Origin: Gemmataceae bacterium
GTDB taxonomy: Bacteria > Planctomycetota > Planctomycetia > Gemmatales > Gemmataceae
DNA length: 64,000 nucleotides
Reading direction: 5' to 3'
Assembly: GCA_009692065.1 (NCBI GenBank)
Contig: SHZY01000008.1
Coordinates: 10,937 to 74,936 of the forward strand
Notes under the pieces: generated by a model
Databases searched by the model: none
Told to the model about the DNA's origin: nothing
The model's input: the letters and a program-made list of their open reading frames with translations, nothing else
Translations under genes and position numbers: made by a program
In this document: positions 39,444 through 48,012 of the stretch, one piece after another
Layout of the letters: each line of letters opens with the position of its first letter
Position numbering within the stretch: the first letter of the stretch is position 1

Positions 39444-39451
39444 CTCCTGAC

Positions 39452-41692
39452 ATGGTTGCTCTTCGCACTCCCACCGTCGCGTTTGTCGGCAATCCCAACA
39501 CCGGCAAGACCACCTTGTTCAATGCCCTGGCTGGCATGAACCAGCGCGTCGGCAATTATGCCGGCGTCACCGTCGAGACCAAGAAGGGCAAACTCCGCGT
39601 CGGTGACCTCCCTTTCGACATCATCGACCTCCCCGGCACCTACAGCCTCGCCCCGCGCAGCCCCGACGAGATGCTGGCCGTCGATGTCATCCTTGGCCAC
39701 AACCCCACTGAACCGCGGCCGGATGTCGTCGTCACGATTGTCGATGCTTCAAACCTGGAGCGGAACCTTTACTTGATGACTCAGGTCGCCGAACTCGGCG
39801 TGCCGGTGGTGATTGCTCTCAACATGGTCGATGTAGCCACGGCGCAAGGGCTGAAGATCGATGTTGACAGGCTGTCTCAACAACTCGGCGTGCCGGTGGT
39901 GCCGTTGCAAGCGAATCGCGGTATTGGCCTGGAGGCGTTGAAAACCGCGATTGCCGCCGCGTTCGAGAGCCGCCCCTCCGCTCGTTCCCCTGCATTCCCG
40001 GAACGCTTCGATGAAGAAGTCGCCAAGCTGCAAGCGTTCACGGGCTCGGAAGAGCCGACCTACCTCTTGCGTCGCCTTGTGCTTGACGTGGATGGGTATG
40101 CCGAAAAGCGACTGGGCGACAAATACGGCCCCGATTTAATCGACAAGATGACCGCCGCCCGGCAGCGACTGGTCCAAGCGGGCTTCACGCTGGCGGGCAT
40201 CGAGGCACGCGTCCGCTACGGCTGGATCCACAAGGTGACCACAGATTGCATACAGCGCCCCGCCCAGCGGCCCGTCGCCTGGACCGATCGCATCGACAAG
40301 GTCCTGACCCACCGGGTGTGGGGCACTCTCATCTTCCTGGTCGTCATGTTCCTTGTCTTCGAGTCGATCTTCGTGGCGGCCGCGCCGTTCATGGACTGGA
40401 TCAAGGCCGGGGTCGCCTGGGTCAGCGAAAGTATCGGCGGGCTGCTGTCACCCGGGCCGCTGCGGAGCCTGCTCGTTGAGGGCATCATCAAGGGCGTCGG
40501 CGCGGTCATCGTCTTCTTGCCGCAGATCGTGTTCCTCTTTGCCATCATCGCTTTCCTGGAAGACTGCGGCTACATGGCCCGCGCCGCTTTTCTGATGGAT
40601 CGCTTGATGTCGCGTGCCGGGCTGAATGGCAAGTCGTTCATCCCGCTATTGTCGTCGATGGCGTGCGCGGTGCCGGGCATCATGTCGGCGCGAGTGATCG
40701 AGAATCGACGTGACCGACTGGCGACCATTCTCGTCGCCCCGTTGATGAGTTGCTCGGCCCGGCTACCCGTCTATAGCTTGCTGATCAGCGCGTTTCTTCC
40801 CATTGCCGTCTACGGCTGGTGGGTTCCGGGACTGGTGTTCTTCGGACTTTACATGCTCGGCATCATCGTGGCGCCGCTCATGGCATTTCTGCTCAAGCAG
40901 ACGCTCTTGCGCGGCGAGACGCCGGTGTTCGTCATGGAGATGCCGCTTTACAAGATGCCGTCGCTCGCCACGGTGCTGCGGCGTGCCTTCGACAGCGGCT
41001 GGATGTTCCTCAAACGCGCCGGCACGCTGATCCTGGCTACCATGATTCTCGTCTGGGCGGCGCTCTACTTCCCCAGCGGCAACTACGAAGAGGAAATCGC
41101 CCAACTTGAACAGCCGCTCGAACAGCCACGCGAACAACTGAAAACCTTGAAGTCCGAGTTGAAGGCCCTTCAGGATGCGGACGCCAAGGACGCGGCGGCC
41201 ATCGCGGCGAAACAAGCATTGGTTGACGAAGCCAAAGAGACGCTAGTGCCTCATGAGAAACAAATCAACGACCTGCGCAGCCAATGGAAAGCCCAGAGCG
41301 TTCTTGGCCGCATGGGTCAATGGATCGAGCCGGCTGTCAAGCCTCTCGGCTGGGACTGGCGCATCGGCATGGCTGCCATCGCAAGCTTCCCGGCGCGGGA
41401 GGTGATGGTGGGCACGCTCGGCATCATCTTCGGTGAGGGCGAGGGAGACGCAGGCGATGAGGAATACCGCGACAGCGTCGGCCAATCGCTGCGAAACTCG
41501 GGTGCCTTCACGGTTCCCGTAGCGATGTCCGTCCTGGTTTTCTTTGCCTTGTGCAGCCAGTGCGTCTCGACCTTGGTCATCATCAAACGCGAGACTGGCG
41601 CCTGGCGCTGGCCGATCTTCACGTTTGTGTATATGACGGCCCTTGCCTACATTGGGGCGTTTGTCACCTATCAGGTCGGCAGTTTGTTCTGA
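39452..41692 (+). CDS. feoB: Ferrous iron transporter B
   Basis: G1 motif GNPNTGKTTLFNALAG, G-domain followed by the polytopic permease domain. It has an unusual Glu/Lys-rich coiled insert (aa ~530-590). Confidence 0.95.
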   Translation: MVALRTPTVAFVGNPNTGKTTLFNALAGMNQRVGNYAGVTVETKKGKLRVGDLPFDIIDLPGTYSLAPRSPDEMLAVDVILGHNPTEPRPDVVVTIVDASNLERNLYLMTQVAELGVPVVIALNMVDVATAQGLKIDVDRLSQQLGVPVVPLQANRGIGLEALKTAIAAAFESRPSARSPAFPERFDEEVAKLQAFTGSEEPTYLLRRLVLDVDGYAEKRLGDKYGPDLIDKMTAARQRLVQAGFTLAGIEARVRYGWIHKVTTDCIQRPAQRPVAWTDRIDKVLTHRVWGTLIFLVVMFLVFESIFVAAAPFMDWIKAGVAWVSESIGGLLSPGPLRSLLVEGIIKGVGAVIVFLPQIVFLFAIIAFLEDCGYMARAAFLMDRLMSRAGLNGKSFIPLLSSMACAVPGIMSARVIENRRDRLATILVAPLMSCSARLPVYSLLISAFLPIAVYGWWVPGLVFFGLYMLGIIVAPLMAFLLKQTLLRGETPVFVMEMPLYKMPSLATVLRRAFDSGWMFLKRAGTLILATMILVWAALYFPSGNYEEEIAQLEQPLEQPREQLKTLKSELKALQDADAKDAAAIAAKQALVDEAKETLVPHEKQINDLRSQWKAQSVLGRMGQWIEPAVKPLGWDWRIGMAAIASFPAREVMVGTLGIIFGEGEGDAGDEEYRDSVGQSLRNSGAFTVPVAMSVLVFFALCSQCVSTLVIIKRETGAWRWPIFTFVYMTALAYIGAFVTYQVGSLF

Positions 41693-41708
41693 CATCGAGG
41701 AAGCCACG

Positions 41709-41924
41709 ATGGATTGGCAGGCCACGTTTGCCTGGATCGCGACCACCTGTGCCGGCGCGTACATCGCCTGGCGCATGGTTCGCACCTTGCGTCCAAACAA
41801 AACGGGCTGTGCCGGCAGCTGCGGCTGTGCCAAGGCAACGACAAATGAAATCCCGGGTCAGGCCGCGATTATCCCGCCCGAAAAACTCGTGCTGCGGCAG
41901 AAACCCTCATGCACGGCGGACTGA
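41709..41924 (+). CDS. FeoB-associated Cys-rich membrane protein
   Basis: MDWQATFAWIATTCAGAYIAWRMV forms a TM, followed by GCAGSCGCAK. It lies directly after feoB. Confidence 0.6.
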   Translation: MDWQATFAWIATTCAGAYIAWRMVRTLRPNKTGCAGSCGCAKATTNEIPGQAAIIPPEKLVLRQKPSCTAD

Positions 41925-41946
41925 CGTCGCCGCAGAGAGCTCTCCC

Positions 41947-42735
41947 ATGCTGCGACTCCTCGTGCTCTGCCTCGCCGCCGTGGTTCTGGCCCAGCCCGCC
42001 GGCGAAACGAAAACGAAGATCCTCCTAATCAGCCGCGACAACGACCATCCCCCTGCCACCCACGAATACATGTTCGATTGCGGCCTGCTCGCGAAATGCC
42101 TGAAACAGACTCCCGGCATCGAAGCGATTGTCTCCAACGGTTGGCCCAAGAACGCCGACGCATTGAAAGACGTCAAGGCCATCGTCTTCTACAAACGCAA
42201 CGGCGGCAATGTGCTCTTCGACCCGTTCAACAAGGCGCAAGCCGAGGCGCTCCTGAAGAACGGTGTCGGCCTGACGGCGATCCACTGGGGCACGAGCGCC
42301 GACAAGAAAGCGGGCGAACCCTGGCTTGACGCTCTGGGCGGCTGGTACAGCACCGATTTCTCGAAGTGCCTGGTACGCAGCACCAAGCTGATACAGGCCG
42401 ATCCGAAACATCCGATTTGCCGAGGGGGGAAAGAGTACGAGCTGCGCGACGAATACTACATCCAGCTCAGGTTCAAGGACGCGATCAAGCCGATCCTGAA
42501 AGTCGAGATCGACAAGAAGGAATACACGGTCGACTGGACTTACGAACGGCCCGAGTCCAAGGGCGGCCGCTCGTTTGGCTGTGTGCTGGGCCATTTCCAC
42601 TCGAACTTCGGCGAGAAGCAATTCCGCCAGGCGCTGGTGAACGGCATCCTGTGGACCGCCCATCGCGAAGTGCCGGAGGCGAGAGCGCCGGTGGCGATCA
42701 CCGCGAAGGATGTGGACTTGCCGGGCAAGAAGTGA
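41947..42735 (+). CDS. Secreted ThuA-domain protein
   Basis: The ATG at 41947 gives the signal peptide MLRLLVLCLAAVVLAQPA. ThuA-like blocks KILLISRDNDHPPATHEY and GLTAIHWG are present. Confidence 0.7.
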   Translation: MLRLLVLCLAAVVLAQPAGETKTKILLISRDNDHPPATHEYMFDCGLLAKCLKQTPGIEAIVSNGWPKNADALKDVKAIVFYKRNGGNVLFDPFNKAQAEALLKNGVGLTAIHWGTSADKKAGEPWLDALGGWYSTDFSKCLVRSTKLIQADPKHPICRGGKEYELRDEYYIQLRFKDAIKPILKVEIDKKEYTVDWTYERPESKGGRSFGCVLGHFHSNFGEKQFRQALVNGILWTAHREVPEARAPVAITAKDVDLPGKK

Positions 42736-42750
42736 CCGTTCGCGGCCATA

Positions 42751-42945
42751 TCATTTCTCAGGCGGCGGCGGAATATCCACGTCCTTGCATATCTTGCGGA
42801 CTGTATTTGGCTTGATTTCGGGGTGCCTCGGAATTGCCGTCTTCCGGGTGCCGTCGGCATTGATGTAGATGGTATGATTGCCGCCTTCGCGCTCGAACCT
42901 GCATCCATGCCGATGCAGATGCTTGAGAAGCTTGGTTCGCTTCAT
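42751..42945 (-). CDS. hicA: HicA-family mRNA interferase toxin
   Basis: MKRTKLLKHLHRHGCRFEREGGNHTIYINADGTRKTAIPRHPEIKPNTVRKICKDVDI is the canonical HicA/YcfA pattern. Confidence 0.85.
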   Translation of the reverse strand: MKRTKLLKHLHRHGCRFEREGGNHTIYINADGTRKTAIPRHPEIKPNTVRKICKDVDIPPPPEK

Positions 42946-43214
42946 GCAGGCACCGGTGCATGAACCAATATCTCCAGGCGGATCTTTTCGATACGCTTCG
43001 CTTCGGGGTCGGCTAATTTTGGGTTTGGCTTCGGAAGTGTTCGGCCTTCTTCGAGATAAGACTCGGCCATCAACTTGAGCGCATCTTTGACCATGAAACG
43101 TGCTTCACGCAAGGTTCGGCCTTGGGTGTTGACACCGGGAAAATCGAGAACGCTGACGACGTACCAGCCGTTATCCTCTTCGTACTTGTAAAAAGCCGCG
43201 TGGTAGATGAGCAT
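42942..43214 (-). CDS. hicB: HicB-family antitoxin (short form, no obvious C-terminal DNA-binding domain)
   Basis: YEEDNGWYVVSVLDFPGVNTQGRTLREARFMVKDALKLMAESYLEEG. There is a 4-nt overlap with hicA. Confidence 0.8.
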   Translation of the reverse strand: MLIYHAAFYKYEEDNGWYVVSVLDFPGVNTQGRTLREARFMVKDALKLMAESYLEEGRTLPKPNPKLADPEAKRIEKIRLEILVHAPVPA

Positions 43215-43252
43215 GGGGCATTTCCGGGTTGAGTTCCTGCAATCATGCTACG

Positions 43253-44344
43253 CTATCTCGGTTGGAATTCAAATCGCAGATTCTGCGGCGCAAGCTTCGG
43301 CGCCTTCAAGTCGAAATCGAACGCTCGCACCGGCGTGTTGCCGGCGACGTCTTCGAGCTGGCCGTCGATCTCGAGCCGGTATCCGCGGGCCTGCCAGGGC
43401 TGCATCGGCGTGAATTGCCATGCCTTCTCTTCTTTGCCGATGCTGACCTTGCCCTCAATCGGTCGCTTCTTGTCGTCCGTAACGGTCAGGAATCGTTGCA
43501 AGCTGCGGTGATCGATGCTCTTGGAGAGCGTCAATACCAGGGCCTCGCGTGATTCGACGTTCGGAGCTGTGAGCTTCCATTGGCTAAAGTCGATGCGGAC
43601 GCGATCCTCCGGCGTCGTGCGGAATTTCTTGACGACATCCTTGCCGATCTTGTTGCCGTCCAGGTCGGTCAATTCGCCGCGGATGACGAGAGAGTAGTTG
43701 CGTTTTTCGAAAAGCACGGGGCCCAGAAGTTCGCGCAGCTCGACACCCCACTTGATGCGGCCAGGATGGATATAGATGATCAGGCAGTTGTTCTCTTCGT
43801 CCCAGATTTCATCGATCAGCCACGGGTCTGATATCTCCTTGCCCTTGTCGTCGACGAGGACGATCTTGTTGAAGATGTCCTCACCGCCTCGCATCGGGCG
43901 GTCGAAGTAGATGTAGAACTTGAGGTGATTGGCCGGCAGTACGTCGGCGGTTGGATAAATCTTGACGACCCCGGGCGGCGACTTGGCGACGGCCTTCGGC
44001 ATGCGATAGTCGAGAGTAACTTCACGACCGTCGAGTTTGAGCGTCGCGCGATACGATTGACCGGCTTCGAGCGGAAAGCGAGGCGTGAAGGCGAGGTCGT
44101 TGCCGTTGCGCTCGTACTTGCCCAGTATGGCGGGGCCCGGCTTCTTGGTGTCGTCCGGCACGAGCGCGAGGCCGAGGATCGTTTCGCCGACTTCTTGCGT
44201 CAATCGGCCCGCGGGCAGCTTCGCGGCTTGCGCGGCGGGCAGCTTGGCGATGACCTGGCGCGTCTTCTGGGGCGTTTCCTGGAACCGTAGGGGCTCCGCC
44301 GGTTGCCCGCACAAGGTGAGCGTGAAGCAAAGAAAGGTGATCAT
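43253..44344 (-). CDS. Secreted protein, possibly with Ig-like (SbsA/Big_5-like) domains
   Basis: The ATG at 44344 overlaps the LRR gene stop (ATGA). Signal MITFLCFTLTLCGQPA. The blocks VVKIYPTADVLPANHLKFYIYFDRPM resemble Big_5-type domains. The assignment is tentative. Confidence 0.45.
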   Translation of the reverse strand: MITFLCFTLTLCGQPAEPLRFQETPQKTRQVIAKLPAAQAAKLPAGRLTQEVGETILGLALVPDDTKKPGPAILGKYERNGNDLAFTPRFPLEAGQSYRATLKLDGREVTLDYRMPKAVAKSPPGVVKIYPTADVLPANHLKFYIYFDRPMRGGEDIFNKIVLVDDKGKEISDPWLIDEIWDEENNCLIIYIHPGRIKWGVELRELLGPVLFEKRNYSLVIRGELTDLDGNKIGKDVVKKFRTTPEDRVRIDFSQWKLTAPNVESREALVLTLSKSIDHRSLQRFLTVTDDKKRPIEGKVSIGKEEKAWQFTPMQPWQARGYRLEIDGQLEDVAGNTPVRAFDFDLKAPKLAPQNLRFEFQPR

Positions 44345-45198
44345 TTCTGCTCTTCTTTCGGGCGTTGAATATCGCACTTCGGCAGGGCCTTGCGCAGATT
44401 CGCCACGCCCGCGTCGGTGACTTTCGTGTCCCTGAGTTCGAGGGTCTGCAAGTTCTTGAGCACGGTGAGTTCCTTCAGGCCCGCGTCCGTAACTCCTGGG
44501 CCGCCGAGGTTCAGAATCTTCAAATTCTTGAGCCCGGCGAGTTCCTTCAAACCCGCGTCTGTCACTTTTGTGCCATCGAGGTCAAGTCTTTGCAAGCTCT
44601 TGAAACTGGTTATTACCGTCAAACTTGCGTCGGTCACTTTTGTGCCAAAGAGGCCAAGGTCCTCCAGGCTCTTGAGGCCGGCTAACTTTTTCAGCCCCGT
44701 GTCTGTGACTTTCGTGCCGCCCAGGTCCAGACCCTGCAAGCTTTTGAAGCCTACAAGATCCTTCATTCCCGCATCTGTCACCGTCGTGTGTCCCAGGTCC
44801 AGGTACAGCAAGCCCTTGAGGCCCGCAAGTTCTTTCAGCCCCGCGTCGGTCACCTTCGTGGAGCTTATGCGTAGGAACAGCAAGCTCTTGAGACTTGCCA
44901 GTTCCTTCAACCCCGCATCCCCCACCTCCGTGAGAGGCAGATGAAGGTGGGTCAATCTTCTGAGGCCTGCCAGTTCCTTCAGCCCCGCGTCCGTTACCTG
45001 ACTCTCGTTGAAAAAAATCTCGACGATGGGCTTTCCCTTGGCCTTGTCGTCACGCTCGACGCGTCCTCCCAGCGCCTTGATCGCTTTCTCCGCCTTCGCA
45101 TTGTCCTCGCCTGCCGAGAAGCGGCCGGTGACAAGAAGTGCAACTGCAACCGCCAGGAGTGCGGCGATGGTAGCGACGACGCGGTTTTTCTTGTTCAT
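44341..45198 (-). CDS. Secreted/anchored leucine-rich repeat protein
   Basis: The start at 45198 gives MNKKNRVVATIAALLAVAVALLV. It has about 9 tandem 24-aa repeats, L-x-L-x-x-T-K-VTDAGLKELAGLK-x-L. Confidence 0.8.
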   Translation of the reverse strand: MNKKNRVVATIAALLAVAVALLVTGRFSAGEDNAKAEKAIKALGGRVERDDKAKGKPIVEIFFNESQVTDAGLKELAGLRRLTHLHLPLTEVGDAGLKELASLKSLLFLRISSTKVTDAGLKELAGLKGLLYLDLGHTTVTDAGMKDLVGFKSLQGLDLGGTKVTDTGLKKLAGLKSLEDLGLFGTKVTDASLTVITSFKSLQRLDLDGTKVTDAGLKELAGLKNLKILNLGGPGVTDAGLKELTVLKNLQTLELRDTKVTDAGVANLRKALPKCDIQRPKEEQK

Positions 45199-45240
45199 GA
45201 ATACCATTTCCTTGATCGAGCCCGACAAAAGGCTAATCCA

Positions 45241-45270
45241 CAAAAAGCCCAGGGACGGCCGTCCCTGGGC
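45241..45270 (-). terminator. Rho-independent terminator
   Basis: On the minus strand: GCCCAGGGAC-GGCC-GTCCCTGGGC followed by TTTTTG, about 25 nt downstream of the 45295 stop. Confidence 0.6.
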
Positions 45271-45294
45271 TTTCACTTGCATCATTCTTTCACG

Positions 45295-46377
45295 TTACGG
45301 CAACTGCAGCACGTTCAGGCTAACCTTCTTATCCAGGTCGCGGATAACGATGGCCCGGCTGCTGTCGAGCTGATCCATGTGCAGTGTGCCAAAGTATTCC
45401 TTGGCGACGAACACGCGATCGGTGAGAGTCGCAGAACCCTTGCCGACGCGCCACGGGGCGTCCTTGTCGACGTTGACGGTTTCCTTCAGCAAGTTGTGAT
45501 CGACCTTGGCGCACCAGTAGGCATTGGGCAAGCCGATCTTGGGAGCCGGCTGCTTATTATTACGGCCAGCGTTGACGAGGATAAACTTCTTGCCGTCCTT
45601 CTCATAGCCGAACATGCTGCGAGGCGTGTTGCCCTGGCCGAGTTCGACCACTGTGGTTCCCTTGACTTTGACATCGGGCTGGGCGTCATCCAGCGGATAC
45701 CTGACCAGCGGCGTGCAGGTGAAGGAGCCGACGATGCTGGCCTTGGAGTTTTCTTCGTAGGTCATGAGGCAACGAATCGGCGCCTTGGTTTCGACCGCAT
45801 TGTGGCCGGTGTGGAACGTTTCGGTGTAGAAGCTCGTCGAGCCCTTGCCGGGATAGATGGTGAAGACGCGCGAGGCAAAAGTATCCGTCGCCTGCGTGGC
45901 GGCGACAATGCGGCCACCCGCCCAGATAATGTCGGTGATCTTGGTGACGGCCTTTTCCTTCACCATCAGGGGATACGCGGTGTACTTGACGTTTTCCAGA
46001 GAGAACTCGTCGACCTTGCCTGCGCCGTCGACGGTCAGAATCACGTACTGATTCGACTTGAGCGAACGCACCACGGCGTACAGCTTCTTCGATGCCGGAT
46101 TAACGGAAATGCGCGTAATCTCAATATTCTCCGCCTTCAGGCCAAGCTTGCCAGCGAGCAATTGATCGACGTTTTCGATGACACTCTTGGTCCAGGCCCC
46201 TTCCTTGGTATCGCCGGTTTCGACGGTGACGACCTTCGCTCCGGCGCCGATCAGCAGCAAGCCCTTCGGCCCGAACCGAATGGCTTCGATCGTTTTCAAA
46301 CCGGGGTTGCCTTCGTCTGCCTGCACAAATGCGGCAAGAACCAGAAGTGCGAGAGTTGCGAATGCGAAACGATTCAT
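45295..46377 (-). CDS. Secreted hypothetical protein
   Basis: The start at 46377 gives MNRFAFATLALLVLAAFVQA, a signal peptide. The body looks beta-rich and no motif is recognised. Confidence 0.55.
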   Translation of the reverse strand: MNRFAFATLALLVLAAFVQADEGNPGLKTIEAIRFGPKGLLLIGAGAKVVTVETGDTKEGAWTKSVIENVDQLLAGKLGLKAENIEITRISVNPASKKLYAVVRSLKSNQYVILTVDGAGKVDEFSLENVKYTAYPLMVKEKAVTKITDIIWAGGRIVAATQATDTFASRVFTIYPGKGSTSFYTETFHTGHNAVETKAPIRCLMTYEENSKASIVGSFTCTPLVRYPLDDAQPDVKVKGTTVVELGQGNTPRSMFGYEKDGKKFILVNAGRNNKQPAPKIGLPNAYWCAKVDHNLLKETVNVDKDAPWRVGKGSATLTDRVFVAKEYFGTLHMDQLDSSRAIVIRDLDKKVSLNVLQLP

Positions 46378-46578
46378 GGTGCTGATCCTCTGGAAGAATA
46401 TTGGCGATTCAGTTGCGGGATATCGTACCACACCGGATTGGCGCGTCCAGCGCGAAGCGGGGAATTCATCGTTTTCTCACAGATTGAGCATTCCCACTGT
46501 CGCGTAAAATGTAAAGATATTGGCACACCAAGTCCTTTCGGGCCGTCGCAGCAGTCCATTGCATCGGGGGGACACAGG

Positions 46579-46830
46579 ATGATCGAGTCCTATCTGTGTA
46601 AGCGCCCCATGTGCGGCTGCCCCCATCGGCAAGCGGAAGACTTGGTGCACTCCGGCGTGGTTTGTCCCGCTTGCGCCGAACCATTTGTGCTGACGGAACA
46701 GTTAATCGTCGAGCCGAACCCCTCAAGGCAATTCGGCATCTCGTTCATTCTGATCGTTGTCTTGCTCTGCGGCATTGCTGCGTCCATAATGATCCCCTTG
46801 TTCTTCAGAGCGATGTTCGGTGGGCACTGA
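46579..46830 (+). CDS. Small zinc-ribbon protein with a C-terminal TM helix (tentative)
   Basis: MIESYLCKRPMCGCPH...VVCPACAEPF provides two Cys pairs, followed by ISFILIVVLLCGIAASIMIPLFF. It is the only plausible part of the 629-aa antisense ORF 44941..46830. Confidence 0.35.
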   Translation: MIESYLCKRPMCGCPHRQAEDLVHSGVVCPACAEPFVLTEQLIVEPNPSRQFGISFILIVVLLCGIAASIMIPLFFRAMFGGH

Positions 46831-47227
46831 TTTGCGATCCAACCACTCTTGATCGGTGAACGCTTGGCGTAGTAAAACCGAGAAAGGCGGTGGAAAGTCC
46901 TGATGGAGGAGTCTGCAATGAAAGTCGTCATTCGGTTCACGATCAAGCAAGAGGCCAAGCCTTTGCCGATAAGATCAAGTTTATCGAGATCAGCCGGAAC
47001 GCCTGATGCGAACCATCATCTGCCCCCACTGCAACGAAAGCCTGAGCGTGCCAGGCGACCTGACCAAGACCCACTCCATCGAAGCAGAAAAACGGCTGCC
47101 TCGCCCAGAGCCGGAAGCATAGGCGACGGATTCCTACAGCCCACCGCTCACGCTTCCGGCTCCGCCATCGATCGCTTTTGCTAAAATACCACCATCTCTC
47201 CCGCGTCCACCATCGAGGATCGCACTC

Positions 47228-47575
47228 ATGAAGCTCATCGTTGCCATCATTCAGCCGTCGAAGGTCGAAGCCGTCAAGGAAGCGCTCAACAAGGTGGAAG
47301 TATTTCGCCTGACGATGATCGATTGCCGCGGCTTCGGCCGGCAGAAGGGGCATTCGGAAGTCTATCGCGGCCACGAGCTTACCGTGACGTTGCTCAACAA
47401 GGTACAACTGCAAGTGGCCGTCAATGAGGACTTCGTCGAGCCGACCGTGAACGCGATCATGGAAGCGGGCCGCACCGGGTCGGAAGGGCGCATCGGTGAT
47501 GGCAAGATCTTCATCCTGCCGCTCGAAGACTGCATCCGCATCCGCACCGGCGAGCGCGGGCCCGAGGCGATCTAG
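47228..47575 (+). CDS. P-II family signal transduction protein (GlnB/GlnK-like)
   Basis: MKLIVAIIQPSK..., T-loop GFGRQKGHSEVYRGHELTV, B-loop GRIGDGKIFI, C-terminal IRIRTGERG. Confidence 0.9.
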   Translation: MKLIVAIIQPSKVEAVKEALNKVEVFRLTMIDCRGFGRQKGHSEVYRGHELTVTLLNKVQLQVAVNEDFVEPTVNAIMEAGRTGSEGRIGDGKIFILPLEDCIRIRTGERGPEAI

Positions 47576-47583
47576 TTGTTCAC

Positions 47584-47619
47584 GTTTAGCGCCCGCGAGG
47601 CGCCATGCGAACGCTAAAC
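47584..47619. repeat. REP-like hairpin GTTTAGCGCCCGC-GAGGCGCCAT-GCGAACGCTAAAC
   Basis: Lies 9 nt after the P-II stop. Confidence 0.75.
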
Positions 47620-47637
47620 GAAATCGGCAGAATCCCC

Positions 47638-48012
47638 ATGCAACACGGCCTCCTTTTATGCGACGACCTCATCTTCACCAGCCGCATCGTCGGTGAGGCG
47701 ACGGCGCAGGGTTTGACACTGCGTCCGGTGAAAACCCTGCGCGACTTAGTGCATTTTTTGGTACAATCGCCGCCGAGTTGTGTTATCGTGGATCTGAATT
47801 TGGACGGGGTGCTGGTGGCAGAAATCGTGCTGACTGCGGCAGGTTTGGAACCGAAGCCGAACCTCGTCGGCTATGGTTCGCACGTCGATGCGGCGACCTT
47901 GAAAAAAGCGAGGGACGCCGGTTTCGACGTCGTTTGGCCACGCAGCAAGTTCGTAGAGGAATTGGCCACCGCCCTGCCCCACTGGTTTCGACCCGCGGAG
48001 TCGGCATCATGA
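47638..48012 (+). CDS. Stand-alone CheY-like receiver-domain protein (tentative)
   Basis: The ATG at 47638 gives MQHGLLLCDDLIFTSRIV (acidic pair DD). CVIVDLNLDG is a candidate phospho-acceptor Asp; GYGSH and PRSKF lie at the T/K positions. The ORF-track start at 47605 translates the REP. Confidence 0.5.
   Translation: MQHGLLLCDDLIFTSRIVGEATAQGLTLRPVKTLRDLVHFLVQSPPSCVIVDLNLDGVLVAEIVLTAAGLEPKPNLVGYGSHVDAATLKKARDAGFDVVWPRSKFVEELATALPHWFRPAESAS

Noticed and set aside
18048-41692. Direct regulatory link between the DtxR-like repressor and the feo operon
   Set aside because: The genes are 20 kb apart and I see no IdeR/DtxR-type TTAGG...CCTAA box at the feo promoter. I kept this only as one untested candidate in the operator finding.
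44941-46830. 629-aa plus-strand ORF, the longest in that region
   Set aside because: It is antisense to the LRR gene and the secreted 45295..46377 gene, both of which have signal peptides and repeat structure. Only its last 83 codons (46579..46830) fall in intergenic DNA and might be real.
46903-47184. 93-aa plus-strand ORF upstream of the P-II gene
   Set aside because: The sequence is Arg/Pro/Ser-rich and low-complexity, with no SD or motif. Only the alternative-frame 38-aa CPHC peptide is mentioned, and at low confidence.
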